Assembly: GCA_030830065.1 (NCBI GenBank)
Contig: JAURNR010000053.1
Location: forward strand, 8,543-72,542
Direction of reading: 5' to 3'
Length of the DNA: 64,000 nt
Source of the DNA: Bacteroidota bacterium
Lineage (GTDB): Bacteria; Bacteroidota; Bacteroidia; NS11-12g; UBA955
Below, piece after piece: positions 9,410 through 18,034 of this stretch (position 1 is its first letter; each line of letters opens with the position of its first letter). The position numbers and the translations under genes are program-made. The notes beneath the pieces were generated by a model, which did not search any database, was not told where the DNA came from, and was given only the letters and a program-made list of their open reading frames with translations.

Positions 9410-10999
9410 TTAATTCAAAATTTGCAATGTTTGAGTACAACTTTTCATTTCAGAATGAAGTTGAAGTATATAATTTCCGGGACTAAAGCCACGCAAATCC
9501 AATTCATGCTCGAAGGTGCCGGCAGAAAATCTTTTATTGAAAAATGTATACAATTGGTTTCCCATAGCATTGTATAATACCAGACTTAAATTTCCACCAC
9601 CATCGGTTGAGAAGGAAATAATGGTTTTATTTTTTGCCGGATTTGGAAATACATTTCTCAAAGATATTTGAGTCATATACTCAGCTATATCATCAATACC
9701 GCTAATATTATTTTTAAATATTGGTAAGGTATTAAAGTCTGTTCCAAGAATATTCTTTATTTCAGCATCATTTAATTCAAACCAATCCTTAAGAACAGAT
9801 GCGTATACTTGTCTAAAATCAAATTGCATTGGCACATTATCATTGACCGTTGTTGTTGAGGGTATGCTCGGATTATTTCCAATAACTCCTGGTTGAACGG
9901 CATCTCCAAAAACAAACATCGGAGCGGCAGCACCATGGTCTGTTCCTCCCGATGCATTACTTTGAATACGCCTTCCAAATTCACTAAAGGTCATACCCGT
10001 AACTTTATCACTTATGCCTAATAATTCAAGGTCATCTTGAAACCCTTCAATGGATTGGCTTAAATGTGCTAAAAGTGCCGAGTGATTTCCCAATGTGGTA
10101 TCGGTTGAATCAGTTTGAGCACTGTGCGTATCAAAACCACCTAAACTAACCATGTAAACCCGAGTTGACAGTCCACCTGAAATTAGTTTTGCTACAATTT
10201 TTAATTGCTCACCAAGGGTATTTCTACCACCCGATACAGGATACTTTGTAGACTTATTCAATCCATTTGCAGCGGCTGCTTTTATAACATCAGCGTATTC
10301 ATTAGTTTGTTGAGCCAAAATCCTAATGTACGCTAACTCTTCTCCTGCAGGAGTACTGGGTACATTTCCACTAGAATTATCTAATAATTCATAGAATGAG
10401 CTTGGATCTGTAATTGCCATTCCCATACTTGTATTTGGGCCCATAAAGGATAAAGAAACAAGCGGCCCAATTTGAATAGCCAATGGATCAGGATAAGTAG
10501 AATTGGGATAATTATCAGGATAATTAGGATATTGTTCGTTCAAATACCTACCCATCCAACCGGTTGTTAACACTTTATTACTATCCGAAGCACTCATCCA
10601 AATATCTGTCGATCTAAAATGTGAAAAATTTGGTTGAGGGTAACCCACGGACTGGATTATATTCAATTTCTTATTGTTGTATATATTGTTCAATCCAGAC
10701 ATCTGAGGATGGAACCCTATTTCGGAATAATCTGATAGCCCAATTGCCTTATCTTCAGGAATTAATACATTAGATCTTGCTTTACTTAAATTACTATATT
10801 GGTCAAGTGGAAGTAGTGTATTCAATCCGTCATTTCCTCCGTTTAACTGGATAATCACTAAAACCTTATCACTTGCACCACGTTTTCCTAAAGCCTTTAA
10901 CAATGCATTATTGTTAACTGAGCGCAATTGCATTCCATTTAATGCAACCGGTATAACCGTACTCGCCGTTGCTGCTTTAATAAATGATCTTCTTTTCAT
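9410..10999 (-). CDS. DUF1501 (sulfatase-like) protein with N-terminal twin-arginine signal and C-terminal T9SS sorting domain
   Basis: 529 aa. MKRRSFIKAATASTVIPVA matches the Tat consensus (S/T)RRxFLK. The core (LNGGNDGLNTL, GGFDTHS, GTDHG) matches my recollection of DUF1501. The last ~80 aa (VFPNPAKNKTIISF...LVLYNAMGNQL...GNYILQLHS...TLQILN) look like a type A T9SS CTD. Confidence 0.8.
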   Translation of the reverse strand: MKRRSFIKAATASTVIPVALNGMQLRSVNNNALLKALGKRGASDKVLVIIQLNGGNDGLNTLLPLDQYSNLSKARSNVLIPEDKAIGLSDYSEIGFHPQMSGLNNIYNNKKLNIIQSVGYPQPNFSHFRSTDIWMSASDSNKVLTTGWMGRYLNEQYPNYPDNYPNSTYPDPLAIQIGPLVSLSFMGPNTSMGMAITDPSSFYELLDNSSGNVPSTPAGEELAYIRILAQQTNEYADVIKAAAANGLNKSTKYPVSGGRNTLGEQLKIVAKLISGGLSTRVYMVSLGGFDTHSAQTDSTDTTLGNHSALLAHLSQSIEGFQDDLELLGISDKVTGMTFSEFGRRIQSNASGGTDHGAAAPMFVFGDAVQPGVIGNNPSIPSTTTVNDNVPMQFDFRQVYASVLKDWFELNDAEIKNILGTDFNTLPIFKNNISGIDDIAEYMTQISLRNVFPNPAKNKTIISFSTDGGGNLSLVLYNAMGNQLYTFFNKRFSAGTFEHELDLRGFSPGNYILQLHSEMKSCTQTLQILN

Positions 11000-11009
11000 T
11001 TTTTGTTTT

Positions 11010-12698
11010 TTAAGAAAGTTGATATTCTGAAAGGTTCATAATTGCCTTGTAAAGCAATTTCAACTTCAAGGTTATATTGGTTAGTGCTGTTGAGTGATTG
11101 GAATTCGACGGATCAATTGCTGCTTGATAATCATCAGACCAATTATAATCTGGAATTCCACCAGGAAGAATAACTTCTTTTAGTGAAATTATTTGATCAT
11201 TACTTAATTCAAAAGGTAGTAAAAACTGAGTGGCTTCAGTAATTAACTTGTTTGGATCTGAAGGAGTATTAAATTGAACTGTTAATGTCCATGGGTCTAC
11301 CAATAATTTTTCTGTTCCAATGTTATACCCGACCCATAATAAATAATCCTGATATTCATTACGTTTAGGTAAAGAATCTGAAGTTATCCAGAACCTTTGA
11401 TATAAAGGGATTTGATACCATGCTTCCCAACCTGACACACTAGGTGGATCTCCCAAATCCATCTGTAAAATTGTAGAATATGCCCATCCGAGATAATATG
11501 CTTTATATAAGTTTTCATATTCTGTATTGCTTGGAAAGGCAGGTTTAAATTGTTTAACATATCCCGCTGTGTGACTAAAAGGATCCTTTATTAAACAAGC
11601 TTGATTCCAAGTATCATAAAAGTGTTCGCTTGAAAGTAACGTTTCTAATACCGGCTTTATATCAAAATTATTATTTCTAAATATTAGAGCCAAAGGTTCA
11701 ATTACATTACTTTCTGCATTTGAATCAATCTCATAATAAACAAAATAACGGTAAAGTCTTCTGCATATATACTTAGAAACTTCTTCAACCGAAAAAATCA
11801 TATCTAACAAATCATCCAACTCATCATATCCACCCGTTGATGTTGATCTTCCTTTAACTACTGTATTGCCAAAGAAATCAGAAAATTCTTTGTCCGTGTT
11901 ATCGTGCTTGTTTGGTAGAAATAGCGATGAAAATGGAGTTGTTCTAAAATCAATAGTAAAACCTGTTAAAACTCTTGCAGCCGCTTTTACGTCGTCCTCT
12001 GTGAATTTACTATCCGTTCCTTTTCCCAATGTAAAAAGTTCTTGTAATTCGCGTGCATAATTTTCATCTGGGGCATTTTTTGTATTCAATCTTCCATTTA
12101 GATAATAGAGCATTGCCGGATCTAAAGTGATTGCTCTCGTCAGTGCTTTGAAATTTCCTAAAGAATTGTCCATTAATGCCTTGAAATAATAATAACTAGC
12201 TGAAGCTGAGGGAACAGCTGTCATCTCAGTTGCAAAATGATTATGCCAAAACAACCACATTTTTTCAAATATTGTACCTGTACCTTCAGCGCCAATTGAC
12301 CATAACCAACATTTCAAACTATTTTTTCTCACCCCTTCAAGGGCGGTATCAAAAGGTGCATCAACCCAAGTTTTACCGTATTCAACATTTGGGTCTTGAA
12401 CCCTATTTTGATAATTATTAACCGGAGGAGCAATTGACAAATTTGACGTATCTAACAAAGCAGTGATACATTGGTCCATTGTCTTAGATTGAAATGATTT
12501 GAAATCAGTCATACTAGGACCAAAAGTTGTTCGCCTCAATAAATGCATTCTTTCTTTATCGCTCCAGGTACCCGAATATTTACTTAAACCTGAATTTGTT
12601 CGCTTCTTTACTTCTGGATTATTACCTTCAGCTGTAGTATTTAAATCACTAGTAGAGGGTACTATTTTCCTTGGTCTGAGAAATTGTCGTCTATTCAT
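11010..12698 (-). CDS. DUF1800 domain protein (usual partner of DUF1501)
   Basis: 562 aa. Size, position directly upstream of DUF1501 and the motifs HLLRRTTFGP and WLFWHNHF fit DUF1800 as I recall it. Confidence 0.72.
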   Translation of the reverse strand: MNRRQFLRPRKIVPSTSDLNTTAEGNNPEVKKRTNSGLSKYSGTWSDKERMHLLRRTTFGPSMTDFKSFQSKTMDQCITALLDTSNLSIAPPVNNYQNRVQDPNVEYGKTWVDAPFDTALEGVRKNSLKCWLWSIGAEGTGTIFEKMWLFWHNHFATEMTAVPSASASYYYFKALMDNSLGNFKALTRAITLDPAMLYYLNGRLNTKNAPDENYARELQELFTLGKGTDSKFTEDDVKAAARVLTGFTIDFRTTPFSSLFLPNKHDNTDKEFSDFFGNTVVKGRSTSTGGYDELDDLLDMIFSVEEVSKYICRRLYRYFVYYEIDSNAESNVIEPLALIFRNNNFDIKPVLETLLSSEHFYDTWNQACLIKDPFSHTAGYVKQFKPAFPSNTEYENLYKAYYLGWAYSTILQMDLGDPPSVSGWEAWYQIPLYQRFWITSDSLPKRNEYQDYLLWVGYNIGTEKLLVDPWTLTVQFNTPSDPNKLITEATQFLLPFELSNDQIISLKEVILPGGIPDYNWSDDYQAAIDPSNSNHSTALTNITLKLKLLYKAIMNLSEYQLS

Positions 12699-12794
12699 GT
12701 ATCAAAATTTTGATAATAATTAGTTGTAAGTTAGATGTGGAAATTCAAAATAAAATAGAAAAATGAACAAACATGACCTTAGTGTGACTCATAA

Positions 12795-13553
12795 TCATAA
12801 AATAATTCTGGCTTGACCAAAATGGTATTTTTTAATCTCCGAATTCACTTCAACCACTAATCTTCCCGCCGAGTCAACTTCTTTAAGCTTACCTTTAAAA
12901 ATATTATTATCCGAGGACCTCAGTGAAATTGTAGTATTTCTTTTGTACAGTTGTAGATTGTACGTTTCTTCTACACCATCACCAATTGTTACTGTTGAAA
13001 TGCTATTGTAAAGTGTTTTTGATAAGGTTTGCAGACTTTCAGAACTTATGGATTTAGTATTTAAAATTCCTGTGACCTTTTTCATTTCACTAATTGGATC
13101 TAAAACATTTAACCCTACACCCACAACCAGCACTTTGTTTTGATTGGCATCAGTAATTATTTCCATCAATAATCCAACAGCTTTATGATCATTTAAAATA
13201 ATATCATTTGGCCACTTAATCCATGATTTTTGCTCAGATTTTGCGGAAACAAATTCATTAACCAATAGAGTAATTGATTTATTCAGGTTGACCACATCAA
13301 CAGTATCATTTAACAAGATACCAATTGAAAGAGCTAAACCTTTGTTTTTCTGGTTTATCCAGTCCCTTTTTCTTTGTCCTCTTCCATTGGTTTGATTGAA
13401 GGAGTAAATACCAATTGGAAAATGAAGGTTATCATGTTCTTTAATTAAATCTATCAATAAATCTTGAGTAGAATCTAAGCTCTCAATATAAAATAGATTA
13501 TTGGTATTTGGTATTTCGCGTAAGTCGATCAAATTCACGAACTTTGTACACAA
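12795..13553 (-). CDS. birA: biotin--[acetyl-CoA-carboxylase] ligase (no N-terminal repressor HTH)
   Basis: 252 aa with GRGQRKRDW (GRGRxGRxW-type biotin loop) and KWPNDI. The ORF-track start is a TTG, so the true start is uncertain. Confidence 0.8.
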   Translation of the reverse strand: MCTKFVNLIDLREIPNTNNLFYIESLDSTQDLLIDLIKEHDNLHFPIGIYSFNQTNGRGQRKRDWINQKNKGLALSIGILLNDTVDVVNLNKSITLLVNEFVSAKSEQKSWIKWPNDIILNDHKAVGLLMEIITDANQNKVLVVGVGLNVLDPISEMKKVTGILNTKSISSESLQTLSKTLYNSISTVTIGDGVEETYNLQLYKRNTTISLRSSDNNIFKGKLKEVDSAGRLVVEVNSEIKKYHFGQARIIL

Positions 13554-13559
13554 ATTTAC

Positions 13560-13922
13560 ATGACAAAAAAGGAACTAACACCAGAAATGATGGTTGAAGT
13601 GGCTGCAAAAGGGCTTCAAGAAAAAAAAGGACATAATATTATTAGTATAGATTTAAGAGGGGTAAGTGGAGCCTTTACCGATTTTTTTGTGATTTGTCAT
13701 GGAGGTTCGGGTAGACAAATTGATGCGTTAGCCGACAGCGTAGAAAATGAAATGCGATTAGGTTTAAACGAAAAAGCGACACACAGAGAAGGAAATGATG
13801 TATCGGAGTGGATCCTACTAGATTATTACAACATTATAGTTCATATTTTTTCTGAGAGTAAACGAGAATTTTACAACTTAGAAGATTTATGGGGAGATGG
13901 GAAGATAAAAAAATATGAATAG
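13560..13922 (+). CDS. rsfS: ribosome silencing factor RsfS
   Basis: 120 aa. DFFVICHGGSGRQIDALADSV and WILLDYYNIIVHIF are typical of RsfS/IojAP. Confidence 0.9.
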   Translation: MTKKELTPEMMVEVAAKGLQEKKGHNIISIDLRGVSGAFTDFFVICHGGSGRQIDALADSVENEMRLGLNEKATHREGNDVSEWILLDYYNIIVHIFSESKREFYNLEDLWGDGKIKKYE

Positions 13923-13932
13923 GTTAAAAAGA

Positions 13933-13963
13933 TTTGCAAATAATACAATTATTTGTATTTTTG
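13933..13963 (+). promoter_or_regulatory. candidate promoter of the tRNA-Glu / tRNA-Met cluster (TTTG-N19-TATTTTTG)
   Basis: TTTG at 13933-13936, a 19-nt spacer, then exact TAnnTTTG at 13956-13963, 21 nt before the tRNA-Glu 5' end. This matches the published Bacteroides/Flavobacterium -33/-7 consensus. Confidence 0.5.
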
Positions 13964-13984
13964 CAGCCCTTAAATAAGCCAATT

Positions 13985-14056
13985 GGCCCGTTCGTCTATC
14001 GGCTAGGACACGTCCCTTTCACGGATGAAAGAGGGGTTCGATTCCCCTACGGGCTA
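13985..14056 (+). tRNA. tRNA-Glu (anticodon TTC)
   Basis: Hand-folded 72-nt cloverleaf: acceptor GGCCCGT/ACGGGCT, anticodon stem CGTCC/GGATG with loop CTTTCAC, and T arm GGGGTTCGATTCCCC. CCA is not encoded. Confidence 0.9.
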
Positions 14057-14093
14057 CAAAGGTTGAAGATTACCACATCAACAATCTAAAGAA

Positions 14094-14160
14094 AATATCG
14101 CGAAGTAGCGATTGTCGTCGGGCTCTTATCCGCATCAGGCGGACGCAGGTTCTACTACCA
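14094..14160 (+). pseudogene. decayed tRNA-Met-like remnant (degenerate tandem copy of the downstream initiator tRNA)
   Basis: It shares AATATCGCG (upstream flank plus 5' end), TCGTCGGGCTC (anticodon stem), CGCAGGTTC (T-arm start) and TACTA with the intact gene at 14166-14248. The D arm is scrambled, the anticodon loop reads CTCTTATCC and most of the T arm and acceptor are deleted, so no cloverleaf folds. Confidence 0.45.
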
Positions 14161-14171
14161 AAAGGCAATAT

Positions 14172-14243
<72 letters not shown>

Positions 14244-14250
14244 CTAAGTA

Positions 14251-14274
14251 AAAGCCTCTTTTTGAGGCTTTTTT
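14251..14274 (+). terminator. intrinsic terminator after the tRNA cluster
   Basis: AAAGCCTC-ttttt-GAGGCTTT followed by a T-run. Confidence 0.65.
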
Positions 14275-14275
14275 C

Positions 14276-14356
14276 ATGTTCGTTGTTTACGTTTTATACT
14301 CCCATTCGGCAGACCGAATGTATATTGGTCAAACTTCAAATCTCATTGCTTTTTAG
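14276..14356 (+). pseudogene. truncated GIY-YIG nuclease family gene (26-codon N-terminal relic)
   Basis: Hand translation gives MFVVYVLYSHSADRMYIGQTSNLIAF*. VYVLYS...YIGQTSNL matches the GIY and YIG motifs of the small COG2827-type GIY-YIG proteins often found beside Bacteroidota tRNA genes. The frame stops where the convergent ORF 14336-14890 ends. Confidence 0.5.
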
Positions 14357-14890
14357 AATACCATTAGTATACTTGAGTAAATAAGGCTTTTCTGTTCGTT
14401 CACTTATTTCTGCTGCGACTAATTTTACTTCGTCCCTTAATTCAGGATAAACCTTAGCCACTCTCAACATAAACTTTAAGGCATAATAACCTTTATTATC
14501 AGCACCAAAAAGTACTGCTTGCTTTGAAGCAAAATCATAAAATCCGCTCAGTTGGTCAATTGGTAACTTAACAATTGCTAATAGACTTAGAATAGAAGTA
14601 ATCACCTTCTCTTCCCGAATTTGATGAATTGCATCGCTATTTTTTGTAAACCAATTATCTAAATTTTCAGGACTTAGTCTTCCGATCATTCCAATTACCC
14701 AAGCAGATCTCCAATTGTACGGTCGTTTATTTGAAAACATTATTTGCGATAGCTCCGGTAAATACAATTCTATATTTTCTAATACTGAAATAGCCAAGCG
14801 TGTCGACATTTTCTCTCCGGGGTTTTTCATAATCCCTTCAAGATTTTTTAATTCCACTGCAGTATATAATTTTAGCTTTTCTCTCCTCAT
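14336..14890 (-). CDS. hypothetical protein, all-helical (HEAT/ARM-like repeat appearance)
   Basis: 184-aa ORF with no family I can name. It looks like a helical repeat protein. Its 3' end overlaps the GIY-YIG relic. Confidence 0.5.
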   Translation of the reverse strand: MRREKLKLYTAVELKNLEGIMKNPGEKMSTRLAISVLENIELYLPELSQIMFSNKRPYNWRSAWVIGMIGRLSPENLDNWFTKNSDAIHQIREEKVITSILSLLAIVKLPIDQLSGFYDFASKQAVLFGADNKGYYALKFMLRVAKVYPELRDEVKLVAAEISERTEKPYLLKYTNGILKSNEI

Positions 14891-14964
14891 TACGCTGGAA
14901 ACAAGACAAGCAAATAATGATAAATTTTAATTGAAGCTATATTATAGAATCGCTGTTAATATAT

Positions 14965-15678
14965 TCAAGCGATTTTATCATTTTTAAACAAATAATCGTG
15001 ATAAGATAATTTTTCAATAAAACTATATCCTTTATCTCCTAGAAATTGTTCTAGTTCATTAAAATCTCTATGTTCTACAAGCATATATTTAAAACTATAC
15101 TTCTCAAAATCTACACCTCTCAATACCTCTGTTTCTGCACCTTCTACGTCCAACGATAAAAAATCTATAACTCTTGGTGCATTACTTTTATCCATAAGAC
15201 TAGTTAATGTTTGAGCAACTGAACCAAATTCAAAAATTACTTCGTGTTTTTTTAGATGTTTTTTAGAGTTTTCAATATGAATATCCTTATCGATAATGTC
15301 TAAATCCAAACTATTTGAGAACGTCATCAAATTAGAATAAGTTATATCAACATATTTATTTTGGTAATCAAAACCAACACAAGCATTACAATAAATAGAG
15401 TTATTTTTACTTCTGACTTTTTTACAGGTTAGAAAATTATTTGGACTTGGTTCAATTAACATTCCTTTCCAGTTGTATTTTCTTTCATAATAGAGCGTAT
15501 TGGATTGAGTAAAACCATCATTAGCACCTAATTCGATAAAAAACCCATTTTTATATCCCAAATACTTCTCCATTTTCTTGTCTAGCCTATTTAATGAAAA
15601 CGAGCCCTTATTAGAAAAACTAGTTATATTAACCTTACACTTTAATAAAAGTGAATTCAACCTTTGGAATAATTTCAT
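14965..15678 (-). CDS. FkbM-family SAM-dependent methyltransferase
   Basis: 237 aa. GFFIELGANDGFTQSNTLYYERKYNWKGMLIEPSPNNF and FLSLDVEGAE are typical of the FkbM (Methyltransf_21) family. The gene is visibly more AT-rich than its neighbours. Confidence 0.8.
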   Translation of the reverse strand: MKLFQRLNSLLLKCKVNITSFSNKGSFSLNRLDKKMEKYLGYKNGFFIELGANDGFTQSNTLYYERKYNWKGMLIEPSPNNFLTCKKVRSKNNSIYCNACVGFDYQNKYVDITYSNLMTFSNSLDLDIIDKDIHIENSKKHLKKHEVIFEFGSVAQTLTSLMDKSNAPRVIDFLSLDVEGAETEVLRGVDFEKYSFKYMLVEHRDFNELEQFLGDKGYSFIEKLSYHDYLFKNDKIA

Positions 15679-15682
15679 TTGT

Positions 15683-15690
15683 CAAAAGTA
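15683..15690 (-). promoter_or_regulatory. candidate -7 promoter box TACTTTTG for the FkbM methyltransferase gene
   Basis: Exact TAnnTTTG on the minus strand, 4 nt upstream of ATG 15678. Confidence 0.4.
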
Positions 15691-15857
15691 ATACCCTACT
15701 CGAAATGAGGAAAGTTTTTTACACTAGTTACCCATTAGATTAAAATTGCATTTTTATCCATGGACTAACCATTGCACAATACAACTATCTAAAAAATTGT
15801 AAATTTTAAAAACACTTCAATTAATAAACTACTTTCTCGTTATATTTATACTTTCAA

Positions 15858-17084
15858 ATGGACATTTCCTTTCTTCTCATTTTTAGTGGCCTTATACTCA
15901 TAGGATATTTGTTTGAGGTTTTATCGCCAAAAACACGTATACCAAATATTATAATTCTTTTAGTTCTTGGAATGTTAAGCCAAGAACTTGTCAATAGAAT
16001 GGGATGGGAAAGACCAAATTTCTCTTCTGTGGTGCCAGTTTTGGGAACAGTCGGATTAATTCTAATTGTACTAGAAGGAACACTTGAGTTAAAAATCACA
16101 AAAGAAAAGCTTCCATTATTAACTAAAACACTTGCATTATCACTTTCTTCAATAATGACTTTAGGCTTAGTGTTGGGTGCATGGTTTAGCTTTCAAGGAT
16201 TTGGATTTAAAGATAGTTTACTTAATGCTATTCCTCTTTCAATTATCAGTAGCGCAATTGCCATACCTACTGCTAAAATGCTGAGTGCTAAAGATAAAGA
16301 GTTCGTAATTTTTGAAAGCAGTCTTTCGGATATTATTGGAGTAACACTTTTTAATTACATTATTATAAATGAAGTGATTAGTATTAAATCAGTGTTTGTT
16401 TTCTTGGGAGAAATTGGTATTAGTATAATCTTCTCGTTAGTTGGTGCTCTGGGACTTACACTAATTTTGAGTCGTTTAAACCACCGTATTAAGTTTATGC
16501 CTATCATAATGCTAATTATGTTTCTTTATGCAGTAGGCAAAGGTTTCCATTTACCTGCTTTGATTCTCATTCTTATTTTTGGATTGGTAGTCGCGAACAT
16601 TGAACGAATAACTCAGTTTAGATTCTTAGCAAGGTTTGATCCTAGAAACTTAATAAAAGAAATTCACCGATTTGAAGAAATAACGACCGAATTAACCTTT
16701 GTTGTTCGCGTTTCATTTTTCGTGATTTTTGGTTTTACAATAGATATACCTTCTTTACTCGATATTGACAATCTGATTATCTCTATTTTAATATTTGCAA
16801 TGATTGTTCTTTTACGAATTTTACAACTTTTATTGCTTAAACTTCCTGTTTCACCGCTAGCATATGTAGCCCCACGAGGATTGATTACTATCCTCCTGTA
16901 TGTAAGTATTCCAGCGTCTCAAATGATAAATACTGTTAACCAAACATTAATTACCCAAGTAATTCTATTAACTTCATTATTTATGATGGGCGCAACATTA
17001 TTTAGTAAGAAAGAAAAACCTTCTGATTCGTCTACTATTACTGATAAGCTCGATATTCTCGCCCCAAAAGAAGAAAACAACTAA
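15858..17084 (+). CDS. cation:proton antiporter (Na+/H+ exchanger family)
   Basis: 408 aa with about 11-12 predicted TM segments. The N-terminus (FLLIFSGLILIGYLFEVLSPKTRIPNIIILLVLGML) is typical of CPA-type exchangers. Confidence 0.75.
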   Translation: MDISFLLIFSGLILIGYLFEVLSPKTRIPNIIILLVLGMLSQELVNRMGWERPNFSSVVPVLGTVGLILIVLEGTLELKITKEKLPLLTKTLALSLSSIMTLGLVLGAWFSFQGFGFKDSLLNAIPLSIISSAIAIPTAKMLSAKDKEFVIFESSLSDIIGVTLFNYIIINEVISIKSVFVFLGEIGISIIFSLVGALGLTLILSRLNHRIKFMPIIMLIMFLYAVGKGFHLPALILILIFGLVVANIERITQFRFLARFDPRNLIKEIHRFEEITTELTFVVRVSFFVIFGFTIDIPSLLDIDNLIISILIFAMIVLLRILQLLLLKLPVSPLAYVAPRGLITILLYVSIPASQMINTVNQTLITQVILLTSLFMMGATLFSKKEKPSDSSTITDKLDILAPKEENN

Positions 17085-17158
17085 CTATTTCAGATTAGTT
17101 TATTTTTATTTGTATAGATCTTATATGTGACAATCTTCTGAACAGACAGAATTTAATT

Positions 17159-18034
17159 TTATCGATTAGAAATTTTTTCTAAAGCTCTTAATCCTGCTTC
17201 ATTCCAAAAAGAATAATTATGGCCTGCCTTTTTAGGGAAATAAGTAAAAACTTGATACTCTGAAGAGTCAATATTTAGGCTCTTAAGGCAATTGGCTATC
17301 TTTTCAGAATGTCGAAAGGGAACAATTTTATCTTCATACCCATGTGCAATGAATATATTACAGGATATAGGACCTCTATTTCCTATATTATTTGATCCAT
17401 ATTTCCACCTTGATGGAAACTTAAAATATGGGCCCATCGAGTTCTTTAGCAATGCATCAGCGGTATCCATCATCGTAAAGTAGTCTCCACTTAACGCAGA
17501 AACAAGTCCCAAGTTAGGCAATTCATAAGCCAAGGCAACTGCACCTCTCGCTCCTGTTGAAAGACCCATGATGTGTGCAATCCTAGAACCTGCAATAGTA
17601 TCGAACCACCCATATTCTTTAAACCTGTAAAGTATACTATCTTTAAGCCATGTTCTAGTGGGAAAGGTGCGGTAATCGGCCCGAGCTTCCGGATATACGC
17701 TATCCATATAAACGGATTTACCCATCTCCACTAAAAGTGTAGCAAAACCGAATGAATCTGCCATTTTCCATACTTTAGTTTTATTTTTCCAATCAAGTAC
17801 TGAATAATTCCAACCCGGCAGAAATAAAATAAGTTCTTCATTACAATTATCAGGAATTTTAAAATAAACTTGATATGGATTACCTTGATAATTGACTGTG
17901 TAAGTCGTATCAGTAAAAGGAAATTTAAATCGAGCTTCAGACGCTTGATAAATACGGTCTGAAGGAGAAATTACATTAGTACAGTTTAATAGAAATGCGG
18001 AACAGCAAGCCAATATAACTGCAATTCTAATCAT
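17159..18034 (-). CDS. alpha/beta hydrolase (esterase family) lipoprotein
   Basis: 291 aa. Lipoprotein-type signal (AVILACCSAFLLNCT), nucleophile elbow GLSTG and a C-terminal HGYEDKIV / GHNYS pattern. It overlaps the era stop by 8 nt. Confidence 0.6.
   Translation of the reverse strand: MIRIAVILACCSAFLLNCTNVISPSDRIYQASEARFKFPFTDTTYTVNYQGNPYQVYFKIPDNCNEELILFLPGWNYSVLDWKNKTKVWKMADSFGFATLLVEMGKSVYMDSVYPEARADYRTFPTRTWLKDSILYRFKEYGWFDTIAGSRIAHIMGLSTGARGAVALAYELPNLGLVSALSGDYFTMMDTADALLKNSMGPYFKFPSRWKYGSNNIGNRGPISCNIFIAHGYEDKIVPFRHSEKIANCLKSLNIDSSEYQVFTYFPKKAGHNYSFWNEAGLRALEKISNR

Noticed and set aside
14941-14980. Hairpin AATCGCT-N13-AGCGATT overlapping the FkbM stop codon, considered as a terminator.
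   Set aside because: It has a 7-bp stem with a 13-nt loop and no T-run on the transcribed (minus) strand. That is too weak to call.
15679-15857. Direct repeat of the tRNA-fMet 3' end (an att site) marking the right boundary of the AT-rich cassette.
   Set aside because: I compared GGTTCGAGTCCTGCTCCCGCTA by eye with the 179-bp spacer and the cassette flanks and found no match. There is no integrase or recombinase gene, so a classical integrative element cannot be claimed.
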